From Laetmonice hystrix (Eukaryota): 64,000 bases of DNA. Where the stretch lies: positions 7,316,001 to 7,380,000 of the forward strand of contig OZ249436.1 in NCBI GenBank assembly GCA_965235115.1, read 5' to 3'. Of this stretch, positions 1-13,110 are shown in pieces. The stretch's first letter is position 1. Each line of letters opens with the position of its first letter. The translations under genes were made by a program, and so were the position numbers. The notes beneath the pieces were generated by a model. It worked only from the letters and a program-made list of their open reading frames with translations, was not told where the DNA came from and made no database searches.

Positions 1-1562
1 GGATCTACCCCACATGTTGTGGGAAGTTCTACACATGACTGCAGGATCTACCCCACATGTTGTGGGAAGCTCTCTACACATTACTGCAGGATCTACCCCA
101 CATGTTGTGGGAAGCTCTCTACACATTACTGCAGGATCTATCCCACATGTTGTGGGAATCTCCCTACACATGACTGCAGGATCTATCCCACATGTTGTGG
201 GAAGCTCTCTACACATGACTGCAGGATCTATCCCACATGTTGTGGGAAGCTCTCTACACATTACTGCATGATCTACCCCACATATTGTGGGAAGCTCTCT
301 ACACATTACTGCAGGATCTATCCCACATGTTGTGGGAAGCTCTACACATTACTGCAGGATCTATAACACATGTTGTGGGAGGCTCTCTACACATTACTGT
401 AGGATCTATCCCACATGTTGTGGGAAGCTCTCTACACATTACTGCAGGATCTACCCCACATGTTGTGGGAAGCTCTCTACACATTACTGCAGGATCTATC
501 CCACATGATGTGGGAAGCTCTCTACACATTACTGCGGGATCTATCCCACATGTTGTGGGAAGCTCTCTACACATTACTGCAGGATCTATCCCACATGTTG
601 TGGGAAGCTCTACACATTACTGCAGGATCTATCCCACATGTTGTGGGAAGCTCTACACATTACTGCAGGATCTACCCCACATGTTGTGGGAAGCTCTCTA
701 CACATTACTGTAGGATCTATCCCACATGTTGTGGGAAGCTCTCTACACCTGACTGCAGGATCTATCCCACATGTTGTGGGAAGCTCTCTACACATTACTG
801 CGGGATCTATCCCACATGTTGTGGGAAGTTCTACACATTACTGCAGGATCTACCCCACATGTTGTGGGAAGCTCTCTACACATTACTGCAGGATCTACCC
901 CACATGTTGTGGGAAGCTCTCTACACATTACTGCAGGATCTATCCCACATGTTGTGGGAAGTTCTACACATTACTGCGGGATCTATCCCACATGTTGTGG
1001 GAAGCTCTCTACACATTACTGCAGGATCTACCCCACATGTTGTGGGAAGCTCTCTACACATTACTGCAGGATCTATCCCACATGTTGTGGGAAGCTCTCT
1101 ACACATTACTGCAGGATCTATCCCACATGTTGTGGGAAGCTCTCTACACATGACTGCAGGATCTATCCCACATGTTGTGGGAAGCTCTACACATTACTGC
1201 AGGATCTATCCCACATGTTGTGGGAAGCTCTCTACACATTACTGCAGGATCTATCCCACATGTTGTGGGAAGCTCTCTACACATTACTGCAGGATCTATC
1301 CAACATGTTGTGGGAAGCTCTCTACACATTACTGCAGGATCTATCCCACATGTTGTGGGAAGCTCTCTACACATTACTGCAGGATCTATCCCACATGTTG
1401 TGGGAAGCTCTCTACACATTACTGCAGGATCTATCCAACATGTTGTGGGAAGCTCTCTACACATTACTGCAGGATCTATCCAACATGTTGTGGGAAGCTC
1501 TCTACACATTACTGCAGGATTGGGAAGCTCTCTACACATTACTGCAGGATCTATCCCACATG
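1..1562. repeat. 45-bp minisatellite (43-bp variants), about 35 copies, truncated by the window start; partial and orphan units at about 1570-1592 and 1657-1697
   Basis: Unit ggatctatcccacatgttgtgggaagctctctacacattactgca, with internal hairpin tcccaca/tgtggga. Confidence 0.98.
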
Positions 1563-2413
1563 TCACATAGTTGTGGGAAGCTCTCTACACATTCTCTCAA
1601 CTTCATACAACATCGACTCGTGATAAACAGACTGCTCATCCACAAGGTTAACACCTTATGTTGTGGGAAGCTCTCTACACATTACTGCAGGATCTAGTCT
1701 TTCATAACCAGGTAATTGTTACAGATCACTGGAATATGGACGTTTGTCTCATTCAGTATCTAAGAACTACAGATCTTTCAAACCGTCAGGACCAGAACAC
1801 CCCCCCCCCCTCCTTATCTTTGAAAAAAATGTTGAAAACTTATTAGCTCTGTACAAAAAAAACAGGCACTCCGCAAACAGGCATTCGGTGTTAACCTTGG
1901 TAAGTATTGGGCGGCATGCCTGTCCGATCGTTTTCGTACCGACTTGTGACCAACCGACCAAAATACCTGCGAGACAAGCATGTAAAGGCCCCAAAGTTGA
2001 CTGGTTGTTCACCGGCTGAGGCCGGGCCGCGCGAGTCTCTAATAAGGTTGAGTGGGCTGCTTAGTAGCAGCACTATCCACAGCCCATTACATACGACAGC
2101 TTCTGGCCTCAAAAATGTTGCGCTGGCTATGACGACGGACGAGCTGTGCTTTCCTCCAAACTCGCCTAACAAGAACTTCTTGCCTCAGGATAGGCGTATT
2201 TCACCAACATATGCCCTCCTAAAACCCCAGGCCATGAAATGAGAAGACTTTCTGTATTTTAACCCCATATTTTATGCTTCCCCTCCGAGTAAAATGAACC
2301 ACTTGAAAGAAATGCATTTCTCTGCAGCTTGGAAACGATATCAAATGCATAGCCGTAATTTTATCCAGACAAATCTGACAAACTTTATTTTTTCTTCATT
2401 AGATATGTCTTAC

Positions 2414-2537
2414 CTCCACTCCGAATGAGGATTTCCAAAACATCATCCATCTCCTGACTCTTGGCTTGTGGTACGAGGATTCCTCCTGCGTTCCCATTGG
2501 CCAACAATGCGTGTGCCTCGCTGGCAGTAAGCTGGTT
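2414..2537 (-). CDS. Mrtf: MRTF exon: NQLTASEAHALLANGNAGGILVPQAKSQEMDDVLEILIRSG
   Basis: cctacag| acceptor, GGAG|gtaaga donor, 124 nt, phase 0-1. SQEMDDVLEILIRSG matches vertebrate SQQMDDLFDILIQSGE. Confidence 0.95.
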
Positions 2538-2873
2538 CTGTAGGTCAATCAAGGTATAAAGGTTACTTAGACCATTCACGAGCTGTTAACCTGATTAAAA
2601 TTTTACACATTAAATTACGTAAACCAAAATATGATTAATATCTATATTTGATTGGTTCTATAAACATTAAGGAAGGAGATAGGATTGCTGACTGCAGTGC
2701 GCCTATTATGTTTGTTATTAAACATTTTCACCGCTAGCTCTGCTATCTGAAGGTATCTCCGTAACTCCGGTAACCATTTTTCATTCCCACACTGCCGACA
2801 TCTTCCTAGTAAACTGGCCGGCTCACTTTGACAGATGAGCCGTGACACGGTACTACTGGTGGTGTTGTGTTAC

Positions 2874-3006
2874 CTGTTTGTTTTTCACGACCTCATCATA
2901 CTTGGGTGGATCCTTGCTGAGCGCGATGTTGGTGAAGAATGGATTAGTCGCCGACCTGTGAAGTTTGTTGTGACCGATCGGGGAGGTGGGTACTGAAGAC
3001 GCCCGA
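2874..3006 (-). CDS. Mrtf: MRTF exon: (N)RASSVPTSPIGHNKLHRSATNPFFTNIALSKDPPKYDEVVKNKQ
   Basis: gtgtttcag| acceptor, CAG|gtaaca donor, 133 nt, phase 2-0. This is exactly the phase needed to bridge 24508 and 2537. Contains the PPxYxE motif of the MRTF C-terminal region. Missed by the ORF track. Confidence 0.92.
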
Positions 3007-3400
3007 CTGAAACACCATCAAACACAAACATGAGTTTACTCAACCATTTCCTTCTGATGTTTCACATCACACTCGTTAAATAAACTATCACAGATATCTG
3101 TAATTATCTATATCCCTCGAATAAAACAATTCCCACACAGTTGTCTTGTTTGTGGCAAGTTCTATTGGTAATAAATGACTTTGAAAATGAGGCCCTCCAG
3201 GAACTCCAGCATGGCGCCAGAACTGACGAGAACGTGGAGCGGGTTCAATTAAAGCAATCATAGCGAACTTAGTGAACCACCAGCTGCTCGAGCTGGTTTG
3301 ATGATATCACCTTTGAAGCCAAAGACTGCAACTCAAGTCGACTTGAGTCTCTGTTCTCAGCATCGAAACTTTCATTAGTGTTACTAGCTGCATGCTTAGG

Positions 3401-3416
3401 GCACTAGGGGGCGCCA
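3401..3416 (+). promoter_or_regulatory. CTCF-like motif
   Basis: gcactagggggcgcca versus consensus CCACYAGRGGGCRSYA. Confidence 0.45.
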
Positions 3417-3523
3417 AAGTATCTTAGAGTAATGGGCCCCGCTGCCCTCAATATTGGAAACACTGATGGAAAACCTTGTTAGTTGGGTCTCAGGAATGTG
3501 CCGTCTTGTCACATTACGGGTTC

Positions 3524-5192
3524 ACAAGATTCTGAGAGAGGTCCGTAAGATAATCGTTACTATTTGAGATTAGGATTAGTTGTGTACAAGATTCTGAGAG
3601 AGGTCCGTAAGATAATCGTTACTATTTGAGATTAGGATTAGTCGTGTACAGGATTCTGAGAGAGGTCAGTAAGATAATCGTTACTATTTGAGATCAGGAT
3701 TAGTTGTGTACAAGATTCTGAGAGAGGTCAGTAAGATAATCGTTACTATTTGAGATTAGGATTAGTTGTGTACAAGATTCTGAGAGAGGTCAGTAAGATA
3801 ATCGTTACTATTTGAGATCAGGATTAGTTGTGTACAGGATTCTGAGAGAGGTCCGTAAGATAATCGTTACTATTTGAGATTAGGATTAGTTGTGTACAAG
3901 ATTCTGAGAGAGGTCAGTAAGATAATCGTTACTATTTGAGATTAGGATTAGTTGTGTACAAGATTCTGAGAGGTCAGTAAGATAATCGTTACTATTTGAG
4001 ATCAGGATTAGTTGTGTACAAGATTCTAAGAGAGGTCAGTAAGATAATCGTTACTATTTGAGATTAGGATTAGTTGTGTACAGGATTCTGAGAGAGGTCC
4101 GTAAGATAATCGTTACTATTTGAGATTAGGATTAGTTGTGTACAAGATTCTGAGAGGTCAGTAAGATAATCGTTACTATTTGAGATTAGGATTAGTTGTG
4201 TACAGGATTCTGAGAGAGGTCAGTAAGATAATCGTTACTATTTGAGATTAGGATTAGTTGTGTACAGGATTCTGAGAGAGGTCCGTAAGATAATCGTTAC
4301 TATTTGAGATTAGGATTAGTTGTGTACAAGATTCTGAGAGGTCAGTAAGATAATCGTTACTATTTGAGATTAGGATTAGTTGTGTACAGGATTCTGAGAG
4401 AGGTCAGTAAGATAATCGTTACTATTTGAGATCAGGATTAGTTGTGTACAAGATTCTGAGAGAGGTCAGTAAGATAATCGTTACTATTTAAGATTAGGAT
4501 TAGTCGTGTACAGGATTCTGAGAGAGGTCAGTAAGATAATCGTTACTATTTGAGATCAGGATTAGTTGTGTACAGGATTCTGAGAGAGGTCAGTAAGATA
4601 ATCGTTACTATTTGAGATTAGGATTAGTCGTGTACAAGATTCTGAGAGAGGTCAGTAAGATAATCGTTACTATTTGAGATCAGGATTAGTTGTGTACAAG
4701 ATTCTGAGAGAGGTCAGTAAGATAATCGTTACTATTTGAGATCAGGATTAGTTGTGTACAAGATTCTGAGAGAGGTCAGTAAGATAATCGTTACTATTTG
4801 AGATCAGGATTAGTTGTGTACAAGATTCTGAGAGAGGTCAGTAAGATAATCGTTACTATTTGAGATTAGGATTAGTTGTGTACAGGATTCTGAGAGAGGT
4901 CAGTAAGATAATCGTTACTATTTGAGATCAGGATTAGTTGTGTACAAGATTCTGAGAGAGGTCAGTAAGATAATCGTTACTATTTGAGATCAGGATTAGT
5001 TGTGTACAAGATTCTGAGAGAGGTCAGTAAGATAATCGTTACTATTTGAGATTAGGATTAGTTGTGTACAGGATTCTGAGAGAGGTCAGTAAGATAATCG
5101 TTACTATTTGAGATCAGGATTAGTCGTGTACAAGATTCTGAGAGAGGTCAGTAAGATAATCGTTACTATTTGAGATCAGGATTAGTTGTGTA
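3524..5192. repeat. 62-bp minisatellite (60-bp variants), about 27 copies
   Basis: Unit caagattctgagagaggtcagtaagataatcgttactatttgagattaggattagttgtgta. Confidence 0.98.
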
Positions 5193-8039
5193 ATCATCCA
5201 CCAGAAAGGCGTGTGAAACCTCCTGTATCTTTCTATAAAACTTTTATTCTATGGTATGAGAGCTATTCTATTAAATCTGTCTCCTGATAAACGATGTTTC
5301 CTGTATGACTTCACCATTTGGGGGGGGGGGGGGCGGGGGGGGGGGAGTTGAAGCACTTGGGGGTGTGGGTGGTGACTAGGGGTATTTTGTTGCGAGGAAA
5401 GTAACTGATTTTTGATCCTGACTGACTGGCGCAGCCATTAGTTTTTCCAGTTGTTCGTTTGGACTACAATTGTTGTGGATCATTGAGACCGGACGTTGGA
5501 CTGGAACCTGTCTGGTTGAAGGAGTGGCGGGGTGTAAATGAGGCGTCACTGTGCGGGCCGGGTGGTGGTGGTTTCGAAGGCCAGCTCCTCTATTGCTCCC
5601 GGGGCCGGGGGGGGGGGGGGGGTCAGGCCGGGCGCTGAGGGCGCGCGTGGCCCAGGAGGGCTCCGGCCCGATGGCTAGCCAGTCATGACAACAACCACAG
5701 CGGCACCAGTCATCGAGATCACAGGCTAACATCCTCACACAATTAGGCGCCATCATCACCTTGGTCTGCCAGACAGGCCGGCCCAGCCTCTCCGCCCCTG
5801 GGGCCACCTTAGACTGGCCACCGATAGCGGAGCCCTAAGTAAGAACATACGGGTGATGTTGTCCCAGTCTACCGGACCTTTTCTTTGTAACCTTGCCCCT
5901 TGCCGACAACAATCCCCGTTAGAATGCCGCATGAATTACACGGACCTTTTATTGTTGGCCAGCATGTTTTGTTCCAGAATATTTCCAGGAAGTGGTAGAA
6001 ATGAATCAGCCTCTCCTTGACCAGCTGACCTAGGATGACTCGCTAACTGACCCAAGCCGTGTCAGGGCAGTCATCCCTCGGGATGCCTACACTCCATACT
6101 TCCTCCACATGTAGTGTCGGGCTAAGATCTCTATCATCTAATACATGCGCTCAACTTGGCACGAAAGGTCAAAGGATACCGAGTTAACATCTGTATCCAG
6201 CCAATAAAGAAACATTTCTGGCTGCTTAGCGAAATGTTTAAAATCTAAACCTCGACAGAAAGTTTATTTAACACAGTGTAAGAGACTGTTAGAACATTTG
6301 ATAATACGAGGATTATTGTCTTTGCGCATAAAATAAGTCGCTGAGAAGGAAAATATCCGGAAAATGCACTCTTAATATTGTAACCATTTGTATACCAAAA
6401 CTGGCAAGTTTCATTTCTTCTACTTTTTAAATTATGAATTCAACCAGGTACATACTCTGCCCGGTGATAGAGACTGTAGACGGGTTACATTTATAACCTG
6501 TTAGCGAGTTACTCCTATAGCTCTAGGGGTCAGAGTTTGTCCTGGTTGACAGCTGGATTTCCTTGTAACCATCCTATTCTTGACACACAGACGAGTTCAC
6601 AACATAAGAATAAAAATAACGTATGCTGGTGTTGTCTGGTGTCTGGCATTTACACACGTCTTTGGTGTTGCGGGTTGGTCAACCATCACACCCCCATCAG
6701 GGGAGCCTCAATAGCTGCAGGGGACCGACGCCATCCCGGCCTCACTTGAAGGTCACCTATTTTGTCCTACCAGCTCACTCCCTCCACGACAACACAGGGG
6801 GCCCTCATAACAACTCCCCCGAATCCTTTCAAAACCCCAAAGGGATGTTAACAACGTTATCTAAAAAACGTATAATTGGCGAGTTTTCTTGCTTTCAAGG
6901 TTAATTACAATGTCATTATGTGTAACTTTGATGCAAGACATCGCTTTTTTAGCCAAGTTATTGCCAGAACCTTGGTGAAAGACGTTGTTTACCTGCATCC
7001 CTTCACATAGGGCAACAGGTACAGCAACTGTACAATAGATGTTGCTGATAAAAATGGCATGGCCACCTGTCTGCGAGTTTTAATGAGGTTAATAGGAGTG
7101 AGCTCTCCTGACACTCGTGTCGGAACATCTCTTATATTATAAGATATGGGTTGGCGCGGAGTAATGATAAACACACACGTCTTTATACATCGAAGAATAA
7201 CGCAATAAAAATACAATAAATTGGGAAAGTCCATTAATTTGGCGAAACTGACCCTTCATACATGTCAAGATTAGAGCATGTGTGCATGTAAAAGGGACAT
7301 TTATTTTAGTATTTCAACTACTTCCAGCCTCTCGTATTTAAAAGCCTCAGGTCGACGGGAACATAATATATTAACCTCATTAAAACAAGGAGTTCCTTCC
7401 ACAGACTCGAAGCGGTGAATTTGTGCTAACAACGGAAACGGTAGAGGAGATACAGCGATCGGAATGAGTAAAATTATACAGCAGGAAGTATTTCTGCTGC
7501 AGTATACCGGACCTGACAGGGACTGGGTGGTTGTTTGGTTTGAGGACGTCAAACTGACTGTCCTGTATCAAGCCTGTCTGCTCTCTGACGAGGAAGTAGT
7601 ATCATCTGCAAACTGTGGGTGGCCAGGTGGCGGAGAAAACATCCTCATCCTCCGTCTCTTTTTGTCATTTTTGTTCTTTTTAATTCTTTTACTGGCGATT
7701 TGACCTCAAAGGTTAGCCAAGAGGTATACTTCATGGTGTAGGATTCATATAAAACTGCTAATCCGTGTCAGTAACCGAGGGTAGAAGTGGCGTCAACACG
7801 GTTGACAGACAGGCGATCACTAGAGCCTAGAGCATACTTGTGTTGAAACTATGCCTGGTGAGTCGGCAAGGCAAGGGAAAAACACAGTCGAGTCGAGACG
7901 GGACACAATGAAAAAAAATGCGAGTTCATCTGATACTGCAGCATACTAATGAGCAAAATATCTCCTATCGAATGGCGTCTATCGCTTTCTTTTCTCGGCG
8001 TTTAGACGTGGGATGTCGCCGTGCTCCGAGTACCGAGTA

Positions 8040-8756
8040 CCAGCGGCCCCGCCAGAGTGACGTCCGACTGGTCGGAATGACGATACCTGTGGACCTGTTT
8101 ACTGACTACCGGCGGCCCCGCCATGCAGAGTGACGTCCGATTGGTCGGGATGACGATACTTGTGGACCTGTTTACTGACTACCGGCGGTCCCGCCAGAGT
8201 GACGTCTGATTGGTCGGGATGACGATACCTGTTTACTGACTACCGGCGGTCCCGCCAGAGTGACGTCTGATTGGTCGGGATGACGATACCTGTGGACCTG
8301 TTTACTGACTACCTGCGGTCCCACCAGAGTGACGTCTGATTGGTCGGGATGACGACACCTGTGGACCTGTTTACTGACTACCGGCGGTCCCGCCAGAGTG
8401 ACCTCTGATTGGTCGGGATGACGATACCTGTGGACCTGTTTACTGACTACCGGCGGTCCCGCCAGAGTGACGTCTGATTGGTCGGAATGACGATACCTGT
8501 GGACCTGTTTACTGACTACCGGCGGCCCCGCCACAGTGACGTCTGATTGGTCGGAATGACGATACCTGTGGACCTGTTTACTGACTACTGGCGGTCCCGC
8601 CACAGTGACGTCTGATTGGTCGGGATGACGATACCTGTGGACCTGTTTACTGACTACCGGTGGTCCCGCCACAGTGACGTCCGATTGGTCGGGATGACGA
8701 TACCTGTTTACTGACTACCGGCGGTCCCGCCAGAGTGACAGTCGACTGGTCGGCAT
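8040..8756. repeat. 69-bp minisatellite (60-bp deletion variants), about 11 copies; last unit interrupted by a MITE and resuming at 8912
   Basis: Unit accggcggtcccgccagagtgacgtctgattggtcgggatgacgatacctgtggacctgtttactgact. Confidence 0.97.
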
Positions 8757-8911
8757 CATGGGCGTATGGGGACGGGGGGGGGGGTGATTGGCCCGAAATT
8801 TCTCTGTCCGATTTTTTTCTTTTTGATTTCCTCGAATTTTCTCCACTGTTTTGCCCCAATTTGGGAGAGCAATAATTATTGTCCCCCCCCCCCCCGCCCC
8901 GTACGCCTGTG
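8757..8911. mobile_element. hAT-like MITE, 155 bp
   Basis: TIRs catgggcgtatgggg and (rc) cacaggcgtacgggg. Flanks gtcggcat / gtcaggat each differ by one base from gtcgggat in the intact repeat units, consistent with an 8-bp TSD. Confidence 0.8.
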
Positions 8912-9699
8912 GTCAGGATGACGAAACAAGAGACATGTTTACCGCGGGAGAACACCACCCACGTTCTTGTCCAGACCCGACAAATAAAACCTACAAACCA
9001 CTTCCTGTTTTATACCTGAAGCGAACAAGTGGGTCAATATAATAAGAAAAGTCTCCTACTCGCTTCCTGGCCACTGAGCAGTACGCACGAAGATTTTCAC
9101 CAACTACACAAACTACAACGCTACAAACTACCACGAAAATCCACTTCATTCTAAGCTGTTAGGAAGAGTAAAACCTCAATAAAAATATCAATGAAAGTAG
9201 AGAAGAACTTCATAAACATTTATAAAAGACATCCAACAAACTCAATAAATCCAATAACAAGTCGATCGCTACCAAACAGCACCCACAGCAAGTGGCTCAG
9301 ACTATCAAAAAACACTGCGTCTTCTTTTCAGTGGGCACGGCCAACTTCTAACGGTGGCTCACACCTGTAGGACATCACTGTTCTTCAGTGGTCCAGGTCG
9401 GGGACGTAACACACCTGCCAGTCCTACATCTTGAGGAGGCTATTAACTACCAAAACGTGTCAGGTTAGCGCTACCCGTGCACCAAACGGTCGGGCTATAT
9501 CAGGGTGGTTTACTCAAAACAACCTGACCTATACTGACCCTCTACAAACATAGACCTTTGTTAATGAAGAAATTAGCAGTTTCTGGTCGAGGTTGTGCCC
9601 CCTGTGGCCGGCCTGGTATTGATCCGGCCTCTTCCTGATAGGTGGTGCTGGCCACGGTAAATTTGCGGTGTTAATCCAGTGGGTCCTTATTTATAACAT

Positions 9700-9834
9700 C
9701 TGGGCCCAGTTCCTTAAGAACTTAAGATCTTGCTTAAGCTTAACGCTTGATTGGCTGGTCTAAGCAGACCAGCCAATCAGAAGTGTTAAGCTTAAACTGA
9801 AGCAAGATCTTAAGTTTTTAGGAACTGGGCTCAG
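9700..9834. mobile_element. Foldback MITE (whole element is an imperfect palindrome)
   Basis: ctgggcccagttcc...aacttaagatcttgct...gattggctggtct-aagc-agaccagccaatc...agcaagatcttaagtt...ggaactgggctcag. Superfamily not assigned. Confidence 0.8.
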
Positions 9835-12040
9835 CTTCCATCAGCTTCGACGTCAGAAACAGGAGTAGGAATTCGAGGTAGATGTCTATGAAACACACAT
9901 AAAAATGGCCGGGGTGGAGCCATAAAGCACGGTTCAACTGCGTGCAGCGTTTGATGTGGCGGAGGCAGTCAGCCCTGGCACTGTCTGCGGCACGTGTCTA
10001 CACGGCTGGCAAGGGGCACGGCCACGGCTGGCCGCCCTCCCATGTCATCACCGGACCACCCCAATCACTACCCGCCCCACCAAGCACTTCACTCCCCCGG
10101 GAGGGCTCTCCCACATCCGTGCCAAAGGTCCCGGCCAGTGTGCCCTCAGCAGGTCTTTAGGACAATTTACGAGACCCAGAGTACAAGTTGTGGGCAGCCC
10201 CACAAGGGGTGGGCCAGTAGCGGGAGTTCTCCGATTCGTGGGCCCTGTACATACCACACGACCAGGATCTGCCCGCAGTGATGTTTCCGTGTAGGCAAGC
10301 GACTTGATTGGATCCAAATGGTGCATGCAGAACTACGACTTCTACCGAACCCCCACCCGCTGGTGACGTTCACATTCCCCTCGTGCAGATCTGTCTTTTC
10401 GTTTAGTTCTTTTTTTAAACAATTATTTATGCTCCGTTCACACCCCAGTGGCCACACAGCACTGGCCTCGTGGGCGGAGAGCCACAAGGCTGAGCAACCA
10501 TCCGCCAGTGCTACTAAGTATTTTTTCCCGCTAGATTCTTCCCCCTTCTCTAAGTTCAAGGCAGACCGTGATCCCTATTTACAAAGGGGGGTGGGCCTTT
10601 ATTAGCATTCTGTGGGGTGTTTGCATCATTAGCGAGCATGTTTTCAGTTAGGTCATGTCAGGGAAAAATGGTTGCTGGTCATGGTCTTCATCTCCTCCCC
10701 TTGCCGTCCTCGTGTGATGGATGCTCCCATCAGTACAAGCACTTTACACCTGCTACAAGGCAGGGAGTCGGAAACAACGGCAGAGATCTCTTCCAGGCTT
10801 CAAGCTTGGTCTCCTCACCAACGATCTTCTGGGGAGAAATGCCACAAAGAATGATTGCTGTATGTTGCGTCGGTCCGACTATTGTCTGGATCGGGCACTC
10901 ACTCACTTCAACTGTTGTGTTGGTCGGTTGGTGGGTAGGACAGCTGGTAATACCACGGAACGCCGCCTAGTATTCACCACTGGTATACACCACTCTTCAG
11001 TGTGCACAATAACACTCGGCCAGACCCTATCGCCCACCCACATGAATACACTATTGATAGCTGCCACGAATAGCTTTCGTTTTGACAGGGTACAAGGTGT
11101 TTGGTCCTGTGAGACGAAACCGGACATGAAAAAAGCTTGTGCCTTTTCTTACTGTCCCGCCTCCTGCATGGGGAGCTCAAAGCGACAGTACCGTGCCTCA
11201 GCCCAACTGCTGACTCCCGAGCCCTGACCCACTTCCTTGTCAAGGAAGGGCAGCTGGGGGTTCCCCTGTGAGACAATGTATATGACAAAAGTCCTCGTTT
11301 TGACGACCTCTTCGGATTGATCAATGAAGCCTAGTAAAATGTCACCGGTTCAAAGTCACGTCGCCGATTTCAACCTCTAACTTTTTTACGTTGTTTTAGA
11401 TTTCTTCTCAAAAACGTTCACAGCAGAGGCTTCTAGGGCACAAATACATTATTAACTTTGGCAGCGAGTGATCTATTTAGGTATTAGACCCTCTACTTCG
11501 ACAATGGTTACCTGGCGCCAAACCAAAGGCCCAGCTACCACCGGCTACCACTGAAGAACGGGACCAAATGCCGTTAAACTTTCGCAAGAATACCTCTGCA
11601 AGGCGACGACCTTGATAACTGTTACATTGGCCTTCGTTCAAGTACTTAAAAACCTAAGCGTCCTGCTCCTCTTTGCTCTAACCTTTTTGGGACTTTTTGA
11701 GATTCGGGTCTGGACAGACTGGGAAGGTATTCCAACTGTCCTGAAGGCTGGATTGGTCACCATGCCTTCCAAAGAGGATGACACTCAAATGGACCAGGCC
11801 AGGCTGCACTCCAACCACCCCCAGTACTTGTGAACCGGTAGGAGGAGGAGGGGGCCGGGTGAAACCTAAGCTGTACGGCTCAGAGAATGCTGGTTATTCA
11901 GCCCCAAGCCCTGGCAGCTATTTTCCCGCCTTTGTTGAGATAGTTTTCGTCTGTGTTCTGAGAGAATGTGTACAGGTCGAGAGGGCAGGGTGTCGGTGTG
12001 TTTACCTGGTGGGGGCCACGCCGGCCTGCATGGCCAGTCT

Positions 12041-12635
12041 CAGACAGCGGCCACTTGTCTGTTCTAGAGACAGGCATACTAACTTGACGGCCACTAATTC
12101 AGACAGTGGCCACTTGTCTATTCCAGAGACAGGCATACTAACTTGACGGCCACTAATTCAGACAGTGGCCACTTGTCTATTCCAGGGACAGGCATACTAA
12201 CTTGACGGCCACTAATTCAGACAGTGGCCACTTGTCTATTCCAGGGACAGGCATACTAACTTGACGGCCACTAATTCAGACAGCGGCCACTTGTCTATTC
12301 CAGGGACAGGCATACTAACTTGACGGCCACTAATTCAGACAGCGGCCACTTGTCTATTCCAGGGACAGGCATACTAACTTGACGGCCACTAATTCAGACA
12401 GCGGCCACTTGTCTATTCCAGGGACAGGCATACTAACTTGACGGCCACTAACTCAGACAGCGGCCACTTGTCTATTCCAGGGACAGGCATACTAACTTGA
12501 CGGCCACTAATTCAGACAGCGGCCACTTGTCTGTTCTAGAGACAGGCATACTAACTTGACGGCCACTAATTCAGACAGCGGTCACTTGCCTTGTCTATTC
12601 CAGGGACAGGCATACTAACTTGACGGCCACTAATT
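12041..12635. repeat. 59-bp minisatellite, about 10 copies
   Basis: Unit cagacagcggccacttgtctattccagggacaggcatactaacttgacggccactaatt, with agaca/tgtct stem. Confidence 0.97.
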
Positions 12636-13110
12636 TAGATTCACTCATACCTTCACTTCTTTGTCTCCTGGCCCTGCGTTCCCCTTACAAATGGGGAAAG
12701 AGGGCTGGTCTACGAAATGTTCTATCTCAGTGCATTAACAAGGTGCAGACCGGCTGACTTGAATGATATCATATGGGTAAAACAGTGAAAACTCTAATAT
12801 ACCTACTTAAAAACGATTTCAACCTTCCTACAAATAAGGGACCTAGGCAAATGTATTTTTATCAAACTGCAATTCTATTTTAACGCCTCTTTGATTCAAT
12901 TCTTTTAAAATAATGGTAATCTTCCACGCTTTCTCTACTGCAAGGAACCAGGAACTGGGGGTGTTTAAGGTGGAGGGGCTGGGGTGATGTTACAGAATGA
13001 ATGATTCACGTATTTCTCTGTCAGTGGAGTAACCAAGACGAGTACACGACCACCAACTAACGTTAGCCAGCACCACCAACTTCCTAACCCCGGCATAACT
13101 CGCTGCCAGA

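Noticed and set aside
14-1697. Long ORFs (up to 402 aa) in the 45-bp array
   Set aside because: Artefact of a stop-poor unit whose length is a multiple of 3. Frames shift at the 43-bp variants.
1-5192. CRISPR-like arrays
   Set aside because: Units are head-to-tail with no unique spacers, there are no cas genes, and the context is a spliced animal gene. The same applies to all other arrays.
8172-8672. Repeat ORFs in the 69-, 63-, 52- and 29-bp arrays
   Set aside because: Same repeat artefact.
8935-9411. LTR-like segment ending ggggacgtaaca
   Set aside because: No partner LTR, PBS, PPT or TSD found.
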